This document shows positions 43,385 through 54,202 of a stretch of DNA of 64,000 nt, in pieces. Every line of letters begins with the position of its first letter. Positions within the stretch are counted from its first letter, which is position 1. The stretch comes from a virus. The stretch is taken from the IMG/VR virus record IMGVR_UViG_3300031963_000020, positions 1 to 64,000 of that record. One strand, written 5' to 3'. Below the pieces are notes generated by a model. That model searched no databases. It saw only the letters and a list, made by a program, of their open reading frames with translations, and was not told where the DNA came from. The translations under genes and the position numbers were made by a program.

Positions 43385-44983
43385 ATGGCTAACGCGGCAG
43401 ATTATTTAATACTAGATACAACACAGTTGATAAATACTTACAAGTTGAGAACTCGTAGTATACAATCTCGTACATTTGTAGCTAGAAATTCGGCACCAAA
43501 TTATATTCTATCGGCGGTTATAACATCAAATTTGGACGGGGTAGTAGTAACCCCAGGTGCATTTAAGCTGCAACCAGATGAAAGTATTACCGTATCAGTA
43601 GAATACGATACAAATCAATTAGAAGTGTACCCAGCGGGAACACTTGAAGGTTCACTTGACATCGCTGTTTCTGCAAATCCTGTGGTAATACCACAAATAC
43701 CAGTAGCACCTCCAGCTCCAGAACTACCAGAGGCTCCAAGACAAATTATTTCTCGTATACAAATTTTACCAACAAACTTTACTTTGTCCGAAGTTGGCGA
43801 AACAACACAGTTTAGTGCAGTGTTGTATGTTGACGATGTACCGGAACCCGCTACATTCCGGTGGAGTTTAGAAAATAATAGAGCGGGTGCATTTATAATA
43901 AACGAAAATACTGGTATTGTCAAAGCGTTAACTCCTGGAGTTACAAAAGCAAACGTAAAAGCTGTATTGTTAACCCCAACCAAATATTTGGGTACCGAAG
44001 GATTATCAATTGTTGCATCAAATATCGCAGTTGTAGTTCCTGTTGGAGGAGCACCAGTACCAACAACAGGTAACTTAACAGTTATTGTTAATGGTATGAC
44101 GAGAAATATAGGAGCAAGTGTAACAATATCTGGTATAAACCAATCAATAACTCAAACAACGACATTTAACAACATTCCAGCAGGTAATTACACAATTACA
44201 CCAAATGTTGTAACGGCTGGAGGAGTAAATTATAATCCAGTTGGTGGTGGTGAAATTTACGTAGCACCAGGACAAAATGCAGAGGTTACAATTCAGTACA
44301 CCAAACAACTACCACCTGATGTAAACTCAATTCAAATAGTAACGGTGTCTGACTCCGCAGGTAATGTATTACAACCAGGACAAAGAGTTAAGACTGGTGA
44401 AAGAATAGTTGTTGTAGCAAATACATACAGAAACGGTATTGTAGCAAATATTGGTGATGTACAGTTTACTGCAAACAACACACAAGAAGGTGTACAAACA
44501 GTACAATCTAGATCAGACGGTACATATAAAGTACTATTTACTGTTACGCAACCAGGTGAAATAAACATAACAGCGTTTAATCAATCAGCGGGTTCTGTAA
44601 CTGGTCAATTATCCGCAACACGTGCAACAGAATATAGTATTAGATTGGTAGCACCATCAACCTTAATTCTAGGACAATCTTCACCGTTAACTGCGGTAGT
44701 ACTACAAGATGGAGTAGAAACAAATATTCCTGTAGAAATTGAAATAGCAAGTGGTACAGGAACAATATCTAGTAAACGACCGGCAGAACTAAGGACGCAA
44801 CCACCAGTAACACCACCACAAGAACAACCAACTTTCGTAGCAGCGACCGAAGCAGCACAAACTGGAACGGCAACTGGTGGTACAATAGTAGACACTAGTG
44901 CAGCAGGAACATCTGGTGGAGTATCTACGGGTGGTGAATTTGACCAAATAGCATTTATAAATCAGGGACAAAACGCAATTTAA
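43385..44983 (+). CDS. Ig-like domain virion protein
   Basis: Big_2-like GETTQFSA...W...G.V.AL..G; T/V-rich beta domains. Confidence 0.6.
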   Translation: MANAADYLILDTTQLINTYKLRTRSIQSRTFVARNSAPNYILSAVITSNLDGVVVTPGAFKLQPDESITVSVEYDTNQLEVYPAGTLEGSLDIAVSANPVVIPQIPVAPPAPELPEAPRQIISRIQILPTNFTLSEVGETTQFSAVLYVDDVPEPATFRWSLENNRAGAFIINENTGIVKALTPGVTKANVKAVLLTPTKYLGTEGLSIVASNIAVVVPVGGAPVPTTGNLTVIVNGMTRNIGASVTISGINQSITQTTTFNNIPAGNYTITPNVVTAGGVNYNPVGGGEIYVAPGQNAEVTIQYTKQLPPDVNSIQIVTVSDSAGNVLQPGQRVKTGERIVVVANTYRNGIVANIGDVQFTANNTQEGVQTVQSRSDGTYKVLFTVTQPGEINITAFNQSAGSVTGQLSATRATEYSIRLVAPSTLILGQSSPLTAVVLQDGVETNIPVEIEIASGTGTISSKRPAELRTQPPVTPPQEQPTFVAATEAAQTGTATGGTIVDTSAAGTSGGVSTGGEFDQIAFINQGQNAI

Positions 44984-45001
44984 TATAGAAGGATTTTATT
45001 T

Positions 45002-45862
45002 ATGACAACTACAAGATACGTAACTGGTGATGGAATAGGTGCATTAACTCTCGTTGCTAGAGCAGTCGATCCTAACGGAAATTCAATCGTACAACAAACA
45101 ACAATTACAGTAAATCCGTCACCTTCTGTACCAAAATGCTATAGTGCAGTTTTAACACTTAGTACAGTACAAAGTAGTATTGAAACAGCATGTGCTCAAT
45201 TTGGAGCACTTGGTACATACTATTTGGGTTCACCAACTGCTACGGTATATAGCACCGATAGCTGTTCAGAAGTAGCGGTAGATGGATTTTACAAAACAGA
45301 AGATGGTAATTGGATTAATATTAATGCCGGTACAATAAGTCAACGTGGATCGTGTGTAACATTAACAGCACCAAGAGCAGTAGAAAGACGCCCACAAGAA
45401 TTTAATATCGGTGGTGTAACAAATACAGTATTTTTAACTCCACCAATAGCAGCTAGAATACCTGGAACACCAGATAGAGGTGAAGATTTTGTAAGAAAAC
45501 CATCGTTTACAAATCCGGCACCAAGCACAATTCCTGTAAAAGAACAATTTGTTAATGTACGTCAATCCGAAACAGTACCCCAACGCCTACCAGAACAATT
45601 GGTAGCTCGTATAAAAGAATTAGCTCCTACGAATGTTGATGAATTAATTTCACGTGCAAGGTCTTTGGGATTGAGTGTATCTCAAGATACTGCTACAACT
45701 ATTACTAGTGTTAGAGGTGGGCCGAAAAAACAAGCATTGTTTGTACGATTACGTCAACAGGTACAGGCAGCTATTGATAAAGCAGAAAGACAATCGGTTA
45801 ACGGTGGAGTAGTTGTATCAGAAACAAATCAAACAATATCCGACACCAACACAGAATTATAA
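45002..45862 (+). CDS. putative structural protein
   Basis: Cys-containing DGFY module; context. Confidence 0.55.
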   Translation: MTTTRYVTGDGIGALTLVARAVDPNGNSIVQQTTITVNPSPSVPKCYSAVLTLSTVQSSIETACAQFGALGTYYLGSPTATVYSTDSCSEVAVDGFYKTEDGNWININAGTISQRGSCVTLTAPRAVERRPQEFNIGGVTNTVFLTPPIAARIPGTPDRGEDFVRKPSFTNPAPSTIPVKEQFVNVRQSETVPQRLPEQLVARIKELAPTNVDELISRARSLGLSVSQDTATTITSVRGGPKKQALFVRLRQQVQAAIDKAERQSVNGGVVVSETNQTISDTNTEL

Positions 45863-45868
45863 TAAAAT

Positions 45869-48800
45869 ATGGCACTTGCATCTGGTATTAAATCATTAAA
45901 AACTGTAGTAGCAGTTTACGAAGCAGATATAGATCAATCACAGAAGTCAGTATCACTTCAAACTAATTTACAACAGTACGAACCTGTTGTAGTTGATTTG
46001 CGATCTGCTTTGGTAAAGGCACTTACCAGTCAAGTTAATTCTAAAATACGTGCGTATAATGACAAAGAACGTTTTCTAAAAACATTATTGAATTTTGGTG
46101 ATGATACGCAACGTATTATTACTAATTGGAAGTTGGACCCAAACGATTCCACAAAACTTTTAGTCAAACTATTAACACCACTTGATTTTAATTTGGATGT
46201 TGGTAATAGAGTATTTTTAAGTCGTGAAGTAGTAAATACAGTTGTAGATACAATCAAACTAGACGCACCACCACAACCAGATACTACATCGGTAGTATTA
46301 CGAACTAAAAATACAGATTTAACAAACATTGGTAGCTCTGATATTGAATTACTAAACGTTCAAAATCGTAGAGTTGCAAATCAGACGTTATCAAGCATTG
46401 GAATAGACATAACAGGATCAGAAGATCAATATGGTGGATTTACATTCCAAGACAATTTACTACGTAAATGGTATACCGACGATTATCGTTCCGCAGAACT
46501 TAATATAGATTATACAGACTACGCAAATTTCGTCACATATAGTTCTGCAAAATTACGATTGGATGCATTTAAACAAAAAATTACAAAAATACGTGAACTG
46601 GAAACAAAATCTAGATTCTACGCCACAGGAACTACAGGATCAATATTTGGATTTTCTGAAACCGTTATTGATACACCAACTATTTTTTATGAAGATACAA
46701 CATTAGCAAGTCCAGTATTAATTGATGAATCAGGTTCGGCAACAGTATCTTCTGGGTCTACTTTAACAATATACGCAGTGGATGCACTACCTTCTGCTGC
46801 GGTATATCTTGTAGAGGGTGCTAAAGTTGCTGCACTTGAAATAGAAAATATTATCCGTAGTTTTGATGGATATGAACGATACCTATTCAACCAATCAGGT
46901 AGTGCATATAGTGCAAGTGTGTACTGGCAATTAAGCGGAACAGAGTATAATGTCGATGGCACTTGGCCAAAGAAAAATTCAAATGGAGACTTGTACCCAC
47001 CATCTAGCGTACAAGTAGCTGATTGGTACGAAATACAATCTAATATTGCAAGAAGATATGATGAAAATAATGTAAACTTATTATCAAATGCAATACCGCA
47101 ATATCTAGTAGACGATGTAAACTCACAAGAATTTATTAAGTTTACACAAATGATTGGGCACTTATTTGATAACATTAAATCATATATTGATCAATTACCA
47201 AATATTTACGACAGAAAAGTAAATGCTACGGAAGGATTATCGCAAGATTTAGTATGGGAAGTTGCAAAGTCGTTCGGGTTATCATTGACCAATCCTGATT
47301 CAGCAGCATCGTTATATAGTTTTACCACAGATACATCATTAACAAAGAAACGTGAACAAGTTACAGAACTTTGGAAGCGTTTCTTACATAATGCTCCATA
47401 TCTCAATAAAACACGTGGTACTGTAAATTCACTTAAAGCGTTACTTAGTATTTTTGGATTAAATGAACAAGTTGTTGGCATTCGTGAAACAGATACAACG
47501 AGTACTGGTAGCTATGAGATATTTGACGAAGTAACTAACGCATTAAATTTTAATACCAGTTCATATCTAGTATTACCTATGAGTGGTGCTTCTCAACGTG
47601 AAACATACACGTTGCAATTTAGATTTAATAATCCTACACAAGTAAACACCACGTTGGGTGTTGGAGATACAGGAACACCTTCAGGTTCGTGGACAGTAGA
47701 ATTACAAACATATCCATCAGCATCGTCACCATATGGACGAGTAGTTGTTAAAGACACAATAGGTGAAGTGTTACTCAGTAGTAGTTATGCAGATATGTTT
47801 GATAGTGAAGATTACTATGATGTAATGCTTCGTTATAATGTAAATTCTGTAGATTTATTAGTAGCACACTCTGATGGTGAAGAAATTTTATACTCATCAA
47901 GTATGAGTACCACTGGTTCATACTTACGTGACGCATGGAAAGCTACCCAAAATTTCTTCCTTGGTGGATCTGGTTCATTAAGTTTAAACAACTTTAACGG
48001 ATTTGTTGACGAAGTTCGTGTGTGGGGAGAACGCATCACAAATCAACGATTCTATGAACAAGTATTAGACCCAGGAAGTTTTGTCGGTAATACTTATACG
48101 TCACCTGTTGAAAACTTATGGGTAAGATTATCGTTCCACACACCAAAAAATCTTTCTTCGGGAAGTATCGCAAACGAATCACCGTACAGAAATAAAGACG
48201 GTGCTTCCGACCCACTATTACCATTGTTACCAAACTTAACAAATGTTGTGGCGGTTGGGTTTGTAAGTCAGACATCATATCCGTATAGTATGGCTCGTGT
48301 AAGTAGAAAAGTTAAACAATATACAACAAACGCTGGGGCATACTCATACGGTAGTAATAATATATTGATAGCTCCACCACCTGTATTTACAGAAGTATCT
48401 ACCGACGGTGGACTGGTTCTTCACAGAACAAAAAGTATCGTTGATAACGAAACTCGTAGACAACAACAGCAAACAAAAAAATATCTTGGATTTTTTGTAT
48501 CACCGACAGATGCAGTCAACAATCTATTAATTCGTTCACTAGGTAATATTGATGTACGTGGACTTGTAGGTATTAATCCACGATACAAATCAAAATACGA
48601 AGGTATTGAAGCAATACAAAATTATTACAAACAATACTATAATGCAACAGTAAATATTGCACAATTTGTTCGCTTTTTTGACCAACTTGCACCAACACTT
48701 TTTGAACAAGCAAATCAATTAATACCAGCAAGAACAGTACTAGGTTCCGGTGTTGTCATTGAACCAAATATTCTTGAACATAAAAAAGTTACATTTGAAA

Positions 48801-50500
48801 AACCAGTAAAATTAAGTGGTGCAAATACAAGAAGAAATAGCACGTTTGCAAACACAGAAAAAACTTATGTACGTGATTTTGATATAACCGTATCAACAGA
48901 AACTACAATTAATATTAGAGCACGTGAAAGTCAAAGTGCATTCTTTACGGATTATAATACAGCTCTTAATATGAACGATGAAATGGTATTACGTGGGGAT
49001 TCAAACAACACGTTTACCACAGAATTAACAAGTTCATTAATTGTTCCGTCTGGTGATTATCATAACACGTATAATGCACAACCATTGTTTATGACCTCAT
49101 CAATGCCACAAGGAGAAATACTTACTGGATTATTAGATGGTGTTACGATTGAAAACGCTGGTGGAGTAATGTTAGGTGACTACAGCTATTATGAAGGGCC
49201 AGCATTCCATCCATATACATCACGTTCTATTGAATCACAATACGATGTATTTGATTCTGATATTGACAAATTAAGTTATATTAATTACTTGCAAACTTAC
49301 GCAGGTATGACACCAACTGAAGCAAGACAAGCTGCGGTAAAGTACAAACCAGGAAACATTATTGATATCAATGATATTATTGGTACTAATGATAATCTTA
49401 CTTATGCAAGTTTAATTAATGTCATTCCACCAACTGCGGATTTTGATGATTTGGGAGTTACTAGTTATTTTATTAGAGATAGTGGTATTTACTCATTTGA
49501 AACTGTGTATAAAGAAATTATAGGACAAAACCAACTAAATTTCTTAACTGGTGCGGCAGCAACGTGGTCGTTTGGAACACAGTATGGTAGAAACGATGTA
49601 GTAGTTCAACTCGGAGCTACAGGATCAGCTAAAACGTCAAATGGTAAACTATTTAGATATATTGCCCAAGACGCACCATCGGTATCATATAATTTCCCAT
49701 CACAAGACAAAAATAGATGGGCACCTGTATTTTACCGTGGGAAAGCAGTTAATACACCATATCGTCTTATTTTTGATATTAATAAGGCACAAGGTGATGA
49801 ATCGGTATTTACACTACCAATAACACGAGTATTGGTAAGTAGACCAATTGTTACACCTGGTAGATATTCTAAAAAGTTAAGTTTCGGTTCATTCTCTGCA
49901 AACACTAGAGAAACAGGTCTTATTCGTTTACAGGCGATTGCGTCATTATTTTCTGTAAATGTTGGTGTTGGTGATTCACCAGCACCAAATATACGAGTTA
50001 GATTGTATGATAGATCTGACAAACGTGATGCAGATTTAAACAGAGTATTTGGTATAGAACCAACTGGTGACCACGGTGTTCTATTCGATATGAAGTTTGA
50101 GTCTGGGTCGGTTAGTAAAAATGTTGGATTGTACCCACCCGTAACTCTAGTAAACAATGATACTGGTCTGGCATCAAGCCCTATTATTTATTATACAGTT
50201 GACGAGTTGGGTGGTAATACCTACGGTAATGGATTTATCGTAACATTTAATTACTTCGCTATTGAAGCACCTATCGAACTTCCAATTGGATATCTACCAA
50301 GACATTATAAGTTTTATAGAGACACACTTTTAGCCACAAAACGTAGAAATTATGTGGGATGTCTACAAACACAAGACACAACAACAGATGGACGTTCACC
50401 AGTTGAGGTCACATTCACCGCAGGTACCACGATTACGGTATCTCCAAACATCCTCCAAGAAGAAGATAATTTGGGTGGAATTAACCTAAATGTGAACTAA
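45869..50500 (+). CDS. large baseplate/tail protein with LamG-like domain
   Basis: KTRGT..SL..LL..FG wedge-like motif; FNGFVDEVRVW LamG signature. Confidence 0.7.
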   Translation: MALASGIKSLKTVVAVYEADIDQSQKSVSLQTNLQQYEPVVVDLRSALVKALTSQVNSKIRAYNDKERFLKTLLNFGDDTQRIITNWKLDPNDSTKLLVKLLTPLDFNLDVGNRVFLSREVVNTVVDTIKLDAPPQPDTTSVVLRTKNTDLTNIGSSDIELLNVQNRRVANQTLSSIGIDITGSEDQYGGFTFQDNLLRKWYTDDYRSAELNIDYTDYANFVTYSSAKLRLDAFKQKITKIRELETKSRFYATGTTGSIFGFSETVIDTPTIFYEDTTLASPVLIDESGSATVSSGSTLTIYAVDALPSAAVYLVEGAKVAALEIENIIRSFDGYERYLFNQSGSAYSASVYWQLSGTEYNVDGTWPKKNSNGDLYPPSSVQVADWYEIQSNIARRYDENNVNLLSNAIPQYLVDDVNSQEFIKFTQMIGHLFDNIKSYIDQLPNIYDRKVNATEGLSQDLVWEVAKSFGLSLTNPDSAASLYSFTTDTSLTKKREQVTELWKRFLHNAPYLNKTRGTVNSLKALLSIFGLNEQVVGIRETDTTSTGSYEIFDEVTNALNFNTSSYLVLPMSGASQRETYTLQFRFNNPTQVNTTLGVGDTGTPSGSWTVELQTYPSASSPYGRVVVKDTIGEVLLSSSYADMFDSEDYYDVMLRYNVNSVDLLVAHSDGEEILYSSSMSTTGSYLRDAWKATQNFFLGGSGSLSLNNFNGFVDEVRVWGERITNQRFYEQVLDPGSFVGNTYTSPVENLWVRLSFHTPKNLSSGSIANESPYRNKDGASDPLLPLLPNLTNVVAVGFVSQTSYPYSMARVSRKVKQYTTNAGAYSYGSNNILIAPPPVFTEVSTDGGLVLHRTKSIVDNETRRQQQQTKKYLGFFVSPTDAVNNLLIRSLGNIDVRGLVGINPRYKSKYEGIEAIQNYYKQYYNATVNIAQFVRFFDQLAPTLFEQANQLIPARTVLGSGVVIEPNILEHKKVTFEKPVKLSGANTRRNSTFANTEKTYVRDFDITVSTETTINIRARESQSAFFTDYNTALNMNDEMVLRGDSNNTFTTELTSSLIVPSGDYHNTYNAQPLFMTSSMPQGEILTGLLDGVTIENAGGVMLGDYSYYEGPAFHPYTSRSIESQYDVFDSDIDKLSYINYLQTYAGMTPTEARQAAVKYKPGNIIDINDIIGTNDNLTYASLINVIPPTADFDDLGVTSYFIRDSGIYSFETVYKEIIGQNQLNFLTGAAATWSFGTQYGRNDVVVQLGATGSAKTSNGKLFRYIAQDAPSVSYNFPSQDKNRWAPVFYRGKAVNTPYRLIFDINKAQGDESVFTLPITRVLVSRPIVTPGRYSKKLSFGSFSANTRETGLIRLQAIASLFSVNVGVGDSPAPNIRVRLYDRSDKRDADLNRVFGIEPTGDHGVLFDMKFESGSVSKNVGLYPPVTLVNNDTGLASSPIIYYTVDELGGNTYGNGFIVTFNYFAIEAPIELPIGYLPRHYKFYRDTLLATKRRNYVGCLQTQDTTTDGRSPVEVTFTAGTTITVSPNILQEEDNLGGINLNVN

Positions 50501-50555
50501 AACCAAACTATAACATATTTATATTAGACAATTTACGTCAGGAGAGGTACAAATT

Positions 50556-51182
50556 ATGGGATATCTAAACAAATCAACAATCACAGTTGATGCGGTGTTA
50601 ACGAAAAAGGGTAGAGAACTTCTATCCAAGGGAAGAAGTGAATTCGAAATCACTCAGTTTGCAGTGGCTGATGACGAAGTAGATTACACATTATATACTA
50701 CTTCTCACCCACTTGGTTCTGCATACTATGGTTCAATCATTGAAAGTATGCCAGTTCTTGAAGCTTCTCCTGATGAAACACAAGCAATGCGTTATAAGCT
50801 TGTTTCATTAGACAGAGGTACCAAGGAAATTCCAGTTATTTCATTGGGTGTTTCTGCATACTCACTTAATTACAACGACTCGGTTGTAGTAAGTCCAACC
50901 ACAACCGCAGAACTTGCAACCGCTGGTTACACAGCAATTCTTTATGATGGAAACGTAGCAACGTTGACCACCAACCAACCATTGGCAGCTGGAACAACAG
51001 TTCCATTCTTCCAAGTCAACCAAGCAACATCTGCTAACGCAGTTGTTGTCCAAGGATTTAGTTTCAACTTAACATCCAAGGAATTAACAGTTGACCGCAC
51101 AACACAATTAACAATTGTAAACAATCTTACTGGTGCAACCAAGACGGTCACCGTTTCTGTGGCTGCTAAGCCAACAGTATAA
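50556..51182 (+). CDS. tail/baseplate protein
   Basis: LTKKGRELL...ITQFA..D.E.DY, resembling tail-fibre-collar N-termini. Confidence 0.6.
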   Translation: MGYLNKSTITVDAVLTKKGRELLSKGRSEFEITQFAVADDEVDYTLYTTSHPLGSAYYGSIIESMPVLEASPDETQAMRYKLVSLDRGTKEIPVISLGVSAYSLNYNDSVVVSPTTTAELATAGYTAILYDGNVATLTTNQPLAAGTTVPFFQVNQATSANAVVVQGFSFNLTSKELTVDRTTQLTIVNNLTGATKTVTVSVAAKPTV

Positions 51183-51196
51183 TAGGGGTTTAACAT

Positions 51197-52327
51197 ATGG
51201 CAATTAGAACTTTCGTCCCATTTAACATTGATGAAGATGTAGTACCAGCGAACCAAACCACGGTAACAACTGGTTTGTGGTCTGGTGACACAGGTAGTTT
51301 GACTACACTCTTCACATCAACCACACAGATTTCTGCTAGTGGTGAATATTATTTTGATGCATATGATAAGAACCCAGCAACCGATACCACAGCAGAAGTT
51401 CAATTTGCTGTAGCATACGGTCATATTTCTGGTGGTGGTTCTCCAACATTAGCACAAGATGACTTGGCAGTATTAGCAACTAAAGCAACATATCTACAAT
51501 ATAAGAACATTTTGTTAGACCCATCGGATGACTTATTTACATTTGGTAACACAAACGCAGACCACATTTATGTTATTAATGTTCAACGCGCAAGACTACG
51601 TGAACAACTTGACCCAGGCAATTGGCTCTTGACATTATCTGGATCGTTAGGTAAATATACATTTATTGACGATAGTGGTCAAACATTAAGTGCAAAGTCA
51701 AAAACCAGTAAGTCTGGTCGTGTATTTAACGTAGCATCGGGATCATTAACAGGTCCAAGTGGTAGTACAGTACTAACCAGTCAATCAGCAGCAGGTAAGG
51801 GATTTGGTCTTGTATATCCAGATTTGGGTATCATCGTATTAAATCCAGATGCAATCATTCCAACCGTTGGTTTTGAATCCGCATCAGCTGGATTTGGTTG
51901 TGGTAACGCTGGTGCACAAGATTTCACATATGATACTACTAACACTGTAGTTCCATTTGCACCATTTACAGGTTCATTAACAACTAACAGTGGTGCTGGT
52001 CGTGAACAACGTGCACACGATGGATTACTTCGTTCAATCAAGTTGGGTGCAGATTTCCAAGCACGTTCAGCAGAAACAATTTCGTCAACACATTATTTCG
52101 TTCGTTTAAGAAATAAAGACTTTAACTATACAAATAATCCAACATTCTACAACAATACAAATGGTCAAATCTTGAACGATGACTTCGTACAAGACCCACG
52201 AGTATACGCAACAAGTATTGGATTATATAATGGTAAGAATGAATTATTAGCAGTTGCAAAACTCAGTCGTCCATTAGAAAAGTCATTTGACAAGGAAGCA
52301 TTAATCCGCGTTCGTCTTGACTTCTAA
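51197..52327 (+). CDS. tail/baseplate protein
   Basis: C-terminal IGLYN..NELLAVAKL..P collar-like motif. Confidence 0.6.
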   Translation: MAIRTFVPFNIDEDVVPANQTTVTTGLWSGDTGSLTTLFTSTTQISASGEYYFDAYDKNPATDTTAEVQFAVAYGHISGGGSPTLAQDDLAVLATKATYLQYKNILLDPSDDLFTFGNTNADHIYVINVQRARLREQLDPGNWLLTLSGSLGKYTFIDDSGQTLSAKSKTSKSGRVFNVASGSLTGPSGSTVLTSQSAAGKGFGLVYPDLGIIVLNPDAIIPTVGFESASAGFGCGNAGAQDFTYDTTNTVVPFAPFTGSLTTNSGAGREQRAHDGLLRSIKLGADFQARSAETISSTHYFVRLRNKDFNYTNNPTFYNNTNGQILNDDFVQDPRVYATSIGLYNGKNELLAVAKLSRPLEKSFDKEALIRVRLDF

Positions 52328-52345
52328 TGAACAAAGGGAGGTTCT

Positions 52346-53317
52346 ATGAGAGCAGTAAAACCTCTCGACACGGATGGATATACTAAAAATGATTATGTAG
52401 CGTATGTGTCCCAGAGTTATACAATTACCTCTGGGTCATTTACGAATACAGAATATGTAACAATTGATTTTGCTGACCAACCTTCCGATGATTGGAAGTA
52501 TCAACAAACCAGTGATTTTGATTTAGGTTATCTCAATTCTAGTAGCGGTATATATTCTTATCCGTTGTACAGTTTATTAAATCGTGCATTTTATTCTTCA
52601 CAATCAATTGTGGAATATGGTACATCGTCTATAGCTGTAAATAAATTTACACCAAGTCAATCGCTGTATGTCTTTAATATAGCAAACCAATCGGTGGGGG
52701 ACGGAATAAAACCAGGTAGTTTTAGTATTAGAGTATCTGGGTCGTCTCCAATTCTTGATGATGGTTATGGTCGATTATATGTAAATAATACTGGTAGTGT
52801 GGTGGGTAATGTTTTTTACAAGCATGGTATCGCAACTGTAAAAAATAATAAAACATCACCTTCACAATCTATTTCTACAAATGGATTAAAGTTAGCACCA
52901 TTCTTACCAGTAGACGTAAACTACACATCGTCATATACAATTACAGAACACACTGTAGTGTGTAAAATTCGACCAACAGAATTTAACGCATCTGTATTTA
53001 ATCACACAATAGGTTACTATAAAGTAGTTACTGGTTCGTATGTATCGGCTTCACAAACTGTTATATACACAAATTATGAACCGAATGTATCTTCGTCGGC
53101 AGTTGCACAAAATTATGTAGAAGTTAACGGAACGGGAAGTTTAGTAGTAGGACAAGCACTATCAGAACTATTTGATTCCGGAAGTTTAACACCATATGTT
53201 ACAACGATTGGATTATACGACAAAAATTACAATTTGGTTGCTATGGCAAAGTTAGCAAATCCAGTACCAAGAACGAAAAACGTAGACCAAACTTTTATTG
53301 TAAAGTTTGATACCTAA
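52346..53317 (+). CDS. tail/baseplate protein, paralog of previous gene
   Basis: DDG.G, G.V.Y..GI, PYVTTIGLYD...LVAMAKL..P shared with 51197-52327. Confidence 0.6.
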   Translation: MRAVKPLDTDGYTKNDYVAYVSQSYTITSGSFTNTEYVTIDFADQPSDDWKYQQTSDFDLGYLNSSSGIYSYPLYSLLNRAFYSSQSIVEYGTSSIAVNKFTPSQSLYVFNIANQSVGDGIKPGSFSIRVSGSSPILDDGYGRLYVNNTGSVVGNVFYKHGIATVKNNKTSPSQSISTNGLKLAPFLPVDVNYTSSYTITEHTVVCKIRPTEFNASVFNHTIGYYKVVTGSYVSASQTVIYTNYEPNVSSSAVAQNYVEVNGTGSLVVGQALSELFDSGSLTPYVTTIGLYDKNYNLVAMAKLANPVPRTKNVDQTFIVKFDT

Positions 53318-53332
53318 TGTGGAGAACATAGT

Positions 53333-53788
53333 ATGTCAAAGTTAGTAGAACTATTAGAAAATAGACAAAAGTACGATAGATTAAATAAATTAAGTGCACA
53401 CTCACCAAATACAGCAAATCCAAAAGAGTTCAGTGCTCGTAATCAATCTGATTTAACGCAAGGTAGAGAAGAAATTATTCAATCTAACTCGGTTGATTTT
53501 TTTGGTAATACTTATCAAACTGGGTTTGATGCATTTAGACCAACCTTGAGTGTAACAGGATTTAGAAAATCAGACGGTGCACAAAATTCAAAATTTACAG
53601 GAAACCCAGCTGGGGCAGCTACAACTGAAGATAATGCATTTGATTCGTACAATAGATTTGCAAACGATTCGGTTCGTAAAAATTACGACTCAAAATTAGT
53701 TCACAGATATCTAGCAACAAATAACGAACAACAATATAAGACACAACAAGCAGCAGCACCAGGATTAATATTAACATATAACGTCTAA
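53333..53788 (+). CDS. hypothetical protein
   Basis: SD GGAG; N-terminal KLVELLE. Confidence 0.65.
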   Translation: MSKLVELLENRQKYDRLNKLSAHSPNTANPKEFSARNQSDLTQGREEIIQSNSVDFFGNTYQTGFDAFRPTLSVTGFRKSDGAQNSKFTGNPAGAATTEDNAFDSYNRFANDSVRKNYDSKLVHRYLATNNEQQYKTQQAAAPGLILTYNV

Positions 53789-53804
53789 TATAGACGAGGT
53801 TACG

Positions 53805-54155
53805 ATGAAACCCAGAAGTGCAAAGAACAAGGGTAAACGGTTACAAAATGCAATACGAGATTTAATATTAGAACACTTTCCACAGCTCGAACCTGACGAT
53901 GTAGTATCTACATTGATGGGTGATTCGGGGACAGACATCAAGCTGTCCCCAGCTGCTCGGAAAGTGTTTCCGTATTCTCCTGAATGTAAAAACCAAGAAA
54001 AGGTGAATATTTGGGCCGCCCTTGAACAAGCAGAAGATAATACCAAAGAAAATACCTATCCAGTCGTATTCTTTAAACGAAACAATACGAAAACATATGC
54101 GATTATACCCGCAGACCATTTCTTTGAGTTGACTAAACCAAAAAATACAAATTAA
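53805..54155 (+). CDS. PD-(D/E)xK nuclease, Holliday-junction-resolvase-like
   Basis: S.K.KG..., G.DI, ECKNQE. Confidence 0.7.
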   Translation: MKPRSAKNKGKRLQNAIRDLILEHFPQLEPDDVVSTLMGDSGTDIKLSPAARKVFPYSPECKNQEKVNIWAALEQAEDNTKENTYPVVFFKRNNTKTYAIIPADHFFELTKPKNTN

Positions 54156-54166
54156 TAAATCAACAC

Positions 54167-54195
54167 TTGATTTTTTGATAAAGAGATGTTAGTTT
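54167..54195 (+). promoter_or_regulatory. sigma70-like promoter of primase operon
   Basis: TTGATT-N17-TAGTTT just ahead of ATG 54203 (near-leaderless transcript). Confidence 0.4.
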
Positions 54196-54202
54196 TCATC
54201 GT

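Noticed and set aside
32066-53317. Bacterial contractile injection system or prophage in a chromosome
   Set aside because: Single-strand gene organisation, phage replication genes, late sigma and tRNA array indicate a large phage; no integrase or host housekeeping context
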